Shown: in pieces, positions 29,367-32,000 of the stretch
How the letters are laid out: each line of letters opens with the position of its first letter
Numbering within the stretch: position 1 is the stretch's first letter
From: Halalkalibacterium halodurans
GTDB lineage: Bacteria; Bacillota; Bacilli; Bacillales; Bacillaceae_D
DNA length: 32,000 bases
Assembly (NCBI RefSeq): GCF_004376175.1
Contig: NZ_SNUY01000006.1
Location: forward strand, 30,001 to 62,000
Direction of reading: 5' to 3'
Notes under the pieces: model-generated
What the model was told of the DNA's origin: nothing
What the model saw: only the letters and a program-made list of their open reading frames with translations
The model's database searches: none
Program-made: the position numbers and the translations under genes

Positions 29367-30137
29367 TTATGCATTTCTTTTTTTCAATGCCTGTTGCAAC
29401 CGGAACAACGCCTTCGAATGAATTTGTGAGATTCGTGATGTCGATAACTTTAGAATTTGTCCTATTTCTGTTAATGTCAATTCTTCAAAGTAAAAAAGAC
29501 CGATGACTAATTGCTCTTTTTCATTTAATATATTCGCGATCAATTGTGAAAGTTCCTCTTTTTGCGCCTCTTCTAGTAATTTTTCTTCAGGACTTAAGGA
29601 TTGTTTATCAATAATCGTAGCGGTATACGTTTCTTCCCGATCACTATCGTTTGTCTTTTCATCCATGGATAGCAGGTTTGCGACGAGAGATTCCGTCATT
29701 GTTTGTGAAACCTCATTCTCACTTAAACCGACTTCCTTCGCCACTTCTTCTACCGATACGTTTCGTCCTAGCTTTTGCTCTAGCTTTTCAGTCGCCGCTT
29801 CAATCTTTTTAATTTTTTCACGCATCGATCTCGGTAGCCAATCCTCTTTCCTTAATCCGTCCAAGATCGCCCCCCTTACGCGAAACGAAGCGTACGTATC
29901 AAACTTCAAGTCACGGTCTGGGTTAAATTTTTCTAGTGCATCTAATAAACCGAGCATCCCATGACTGATTAGATCATCCTTGCTCACACTCCGCGGCAAG
30001 CCAACTGAAATTCGCTGTACGTGATAGTGGACAAGAGGAAGGTATTGGCGAATTAACGCATCACACGCCTCCTGACTACGCTCAGTCAACCACTCTGTCC
30101 AAATTTTATCATCCGCCATCGTAGAAACACTTGACAT
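29367..30137 (-). CDS. sigD: Flagellar RNA polymerase sigma factor SigD (FliA / sigma-28 family), 256 aa
   Basis: YLPLVHYHVQRISVGLPRSVSKDDLISHGMLGLLDALEKFNPDRDLKFDTYASFRVRGAILDGLRKEDWLPRS (regions 2-3) and LTLTEIGQILKLSTSRISQIHSKALFRL (region 4.2 HTH) are present. The match to remembered B. subtilis SigD is close. GGGAGGG lies 7 nt upstream of the ATG. Confidence 0.96.
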   Translation of the reverse strand: MSSVSTMADDKIWTEWLTERSQEACDALIRQYLPLVHYHVQRISVGLPRSVSKDDLISHGMLGLLDALEKFNPDRDLKFDTYASFRVRGAILDGLRKEDWLPRSMREKIKKIEAATEKLEQKLGRNVSVEEVAKEVGLSENEVSQTMTESLVANLLSMDEKTNDSDREETYTATIIDKQSLSPEEKLLEEAQKEELSQLIANILNEKEQLVIGLFYFEELTLTEIGQILKLSTSRISQIHSKALFRLQQALKKRNA

Positions 30138-30169
30138 CTCGGTTCCCTCCCGTACCTAATTTGAATCGA

Positions 30170-30493
30170 TTAATCTTTTACGTACGCTGCTGCTTGTTCA
30201 GGTGTTTCTCGTTCAACTTCGGACTTGTTCACATTTTCCTCTACAAGTACGTCCCCTTGAGACTCGTCATTTGTTAGTGAACGCTGTTCTCCCTCTACTC
30301 TTGGGTTGCTGGCTAACGCAACAGCAAAAAGCCAGCGAAACATATATGTAAGGAGAAAGACAATCACGGCCCAAAACAGAGAACGAATCAGGCTTGTTAC
30401 CCATACATTCACTTGTAGGTTACCGAAAAGGACAATCAAAAAAGTGATACTCCCCACCACTACATTGGTTCTCCAAGTGCCGAGTAAATTCAT
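30170..30493 (-). CDS. Hypothetical small membrane protein (orf107) with an acidic C-terminal tail
   Basis: Its ATG overlaps the cheD stop as ATGA (30490-30493), and a GGAGAGAAGGA SD lies inside the end of cheD. Two or three hydrophobic segments fall within aa 10-60 ([16 protein letters not shown]; [27 protein letters not shown]). The tail is rich in E and D. I recognise no named family. Confidence 0.65.
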   Translation of the reverse strand: MNLLGTWRTNVVVGSITFLIVLFGNLQVNVWVTSLIRSLFWAVIVFLLTYMFRWLFAVALASNPRVEGEQRSLTNDESQGDVLVEENVNKSEVERETPEQAAAYVKD

Positions 30494-30978
30494 ATTTCCT
30501 TCTCTCCTTGATGTACGGTCCGGATGGAAAGCCGTTTGGTCTCTGGGTTAAATTCGATCGTTCGTCCGTTCGAGCCCCCTACATCCTCAGCTAAAATCGG
30601 AATGCTCAGCTCACGCAACTTTTTCTTTACTGCTTCTACATTTCGTTGACCGATCCGCATCATATCATTGTTCGAGGCAAAGGAAAACATTTGCGCTCCT
30701 CCGGCCATTTTTGCTTTTAATGAATAACGTTTGGCTCCAATCGCTTCAAGCTTCGAAAGCAAGAGATCTAGCGCCGTATCGGCATACTTTGCGCGATTAA
30801 ACTCCTGCTTTTTCCCTAACGCGGAATCAGGAAGCATAATGTGGGCCATTCCTGCTACTTTTTTCACGTCATCATATAGAACAACGCCGACACATGAACC
30901 AAGCCCAGCTGTCCGTATCGTGTGTGGTGGGGTTACAACGTTTAAATCAGCCATTCCTACTTTTACAACGTCATTCAT
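30490..30978 (-). CDS. cheD: Chemoreceptor glutamine deamidase CheD, 162 aa
   Basis: [27 protein letters not shown]...GMAHIMLP contains the catalytic Cys and His context of CheD. It overlaps cheC by 8 nt (ATGAATGA). Confidence 0.94.
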   Translation of the reverse strand: MNDVVKVGMADLNVVTPPHTIRTAGLGSCVGVVLYDDVKKVAGMAHIMLPDSALGKKQEFNRAKYADTALDLLLSKLEAIGAKRYSLKAKMAGGAQMFSFASNNDMMRIGQRNVEAVKKKLRELSIPILAEDVGGSNGRTIEFNPETKRLSIRTVHQGEKEI

Positions 30979-31600
30979 GTAGGCCCACTCCTAGAGAAGA
31001 GAACATCACATCAAATGACTCCGGATCAGGAAGTAAAAAGAAATGTCCAGCTCCGCGTCTCTCCCCTTCCTCAGAAATTTGCGTATCAATCACAATCGCT
31101 TCGTCACCAATTTGAGAGAGAGGAATCAAACCATAATTTAAGATCGCACCAATCATGTCGATGCTAAGTCCAGGAACGGATGGATAAAGCTTAAGTTTTG
31201 TGAAATCAGCTAAAGCCGACAAATAAGAGCCTGCTAGAATATTTCCTAGCTCCTTTAGGGCGGACATGGAGAGGTCATCCATTTCTCCTTCCAGTGATGA
31301 ACGACTTGCCCCTGTTAACTGTGCAACCATCCCCTTTGCTTCTTCAAGCGTTGCAAGAAAAAACATACTTCCAGGAGCATCTCCTTCAATTCGTAAGAAC
31401 GTCGCGGCTACGACTTCTTCAGGTCCACCGATCCATTCGGTTAACTCTTGAAATGAAACGATATGGACATTCGGTACATTCATGTCAATTGTTTTTTGCA
31501 GCAGTTGAGATAATGCCGTTGCTGCATTACCTGCACCGATATTTCCGATTTCTTTCAAAATGTCTAGGTGAAACGCTTGTAATTCGCTCAAATTTTCCAT
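30971..31600 (-). CDS. cheC: CheY-P phosphatase CheC, 209 aa
   Basis: [23 protein letters not shown] and a second copy, [21 protein letters not shown]. This is the duplicated CheC/FliY/CheX active-site motif (E-x2-N). The length equals B. subtilis CheC. Confidence 0.93.
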   Translation of the reverse strand: MENLSELQAFHLDILKEIGNIGAGNAATALSQLLQKTIDMNVPNVHIVSFQELTEWIGGPEEVVAATFLRIEGDAPGSMFFLATLEEAKGMVAQLTGASRSSLEGEMDDLSMSALKELGNILAGSYLSALADFTKLKLYPSVPGLSIDMIGAILNYGLIPLSQIGDEAIVIDTQISEEGERRGAGHFFLLPDPESFDVMFSSLGVGLHE

Positions 31601-31627
31601 TCCGCCCTCTTCCTCTCTCGATGATTA

Positions 31628-32000
31628 TCACCTTTTGCATTGACGAACGATACTGTCAGCTATAAGTTCAAGGTGGGTCACTTCATCTACAAGCTTTCTT
31701 TCAATCGCCACTTTCGGCATTCCAAATACGACACAAGACTGCTCTGATTCAGCAATCGCATAACAAGATCCGCGCTTAAGTTGTTCCAAGCCTTCCGTTC
31801 CATCTGAACCCATTCCAGTCATAATGACGGCAACCTTATAGATACTAGATAAAGCAGATACAGATTCAAACAAAACATCCACCGATGGACGGTGTCCCTT
31901 ACGCGGCTCTTCTTTCGTTAAATGTAAGGCGATCGACGTTCCTAATCGTTTCGTCTCGAGATGGTACCCACCTGGCGCAATATAAGCGACTCCTGGGCGA
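31628..32000 (-). CDS. cheB: Chemotaxis protein-glutamate methylesterase CheB; C-terminal ~123 aa only, gene continues beyond the window end
   Basis: The ORF-track M at 31882 is an internal GTG. The frame stays open to 32000 and reads ...RPGVAYIAPGGYHLETKRLGTSIALHLTKEEPRKGHRPSVDVLFESVSALSS..VIMTGMGSDGTEGL...AESEQSCVVFGMPKVAIE. This covers the CheB catalytic-domain motifs (GHRPSVD, TGMGxDG, FGMP). Confidence 0.9.
   Translation of the reverse strand, partial: RPGVAYIAPGGYHLETKRLGTSIALHLTKEEPRKGHRPSVDVLFESVSALSSIYKVAVIMTGMGSDGTEGLEQLKRGSCYAIAESEQSCVVFGMPKVAIERKLVDEVTHLELIADSIVRQCKR

Noticed and set aside
29503-29964. 153-aa Ser/Phe-rich plus-strand ORF antisense to sigD
   Set aside because: It mirrors the E/K/L-rich sigD coding sequence and has no start context. 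sigD is unambiguous on the other strand.
30770-30805. GCCGATAC (sigma-D -10-like) on the minus strand inside cheD, upstream of orf107/sigD
   Set aside because: No TAAA -35 element lies at the required ~15-nt spacing (only TTTA/TTAA at 13-14 nt). A single 7/8 match inside a coding region is expected by chance.
1-32000. Scan for CRISPR repeats, tandem or dispersed repeats, IS ends, tRNA/rRNA, riboswitches, and toxin-antitoxin or defence-type genes
   Set aside because: I saw none by eye. Every ORF of 90 aa or more that is not antisense or embedded is accounted for by a conserved housekeeping, flagellar or sporulation gene. The intergenic spaces are short and are explained by promoters and terminators. 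Hand-scanning cannot exclude small RNAs or subtle repeats.

Overview
All 33 coding regions I can support lie on the minus strand, in a chromosomal block typical of Bacillaceae. The gene order is Bacillus-like, but the proteins are clearly diverged from B. subtilis 168. In the direction of transcription (32000 -> 1) the block reads as follows. First is the tail of the fla/che flagellar-chemotaxis operon: cheB (partial), cheC, cheD, orf107, sigD, a DUF342/FapA-like gene, orf105, swrB. Then come rpsB-tsf, pyrH-frr, uppS-cdsA-dxr-rseP-proS, polC, rimP-nusA-ylxR-ylxQ-infB-ylxP-rbfA, truB-ribF, rpsO, pnp, ylxY-mlpA, ymxH and the 5' end of dpaA (spoVFA). Gene lengths match what I remember of their B. 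subtilis counterparts, so I see no insertions, inteins, frameshifts or pseudogenes. I found no rRNA, tRNA, CRISPR array, transposase, integrase, phage gene or recognisable defence gene. Ten operon ends carry clear hairpin plus U-tract terminators, and an eleventh hairpin sits inside rpsB-tsf as a likely attenuator. Two good sigma-A promoters (rpsB, rpsO) and one sigma-K-type promoter (dpaA) can be read directly. I do not see a convincing novel multi-gene system; this is mostly ordinary core genome. The only part that is not universal housekeeping is 27.1-31.6 kb. There, three uncharacterised ORFs surround sigD and cheB abuts cheC with no cheA-cheW between them. Lesser curiosities are a candidate 25-codon uORF in the rimP-nusA leader and a plus-strand promoter-like element in the pnp-ylxY spacer. 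There is also a strong attenuator-like hairpin between rpsB and tsf, and no terminator between swrB and the rpsB promoter. All family assignments come from reading the translations against remembered sequences and motifs; no database search was run.
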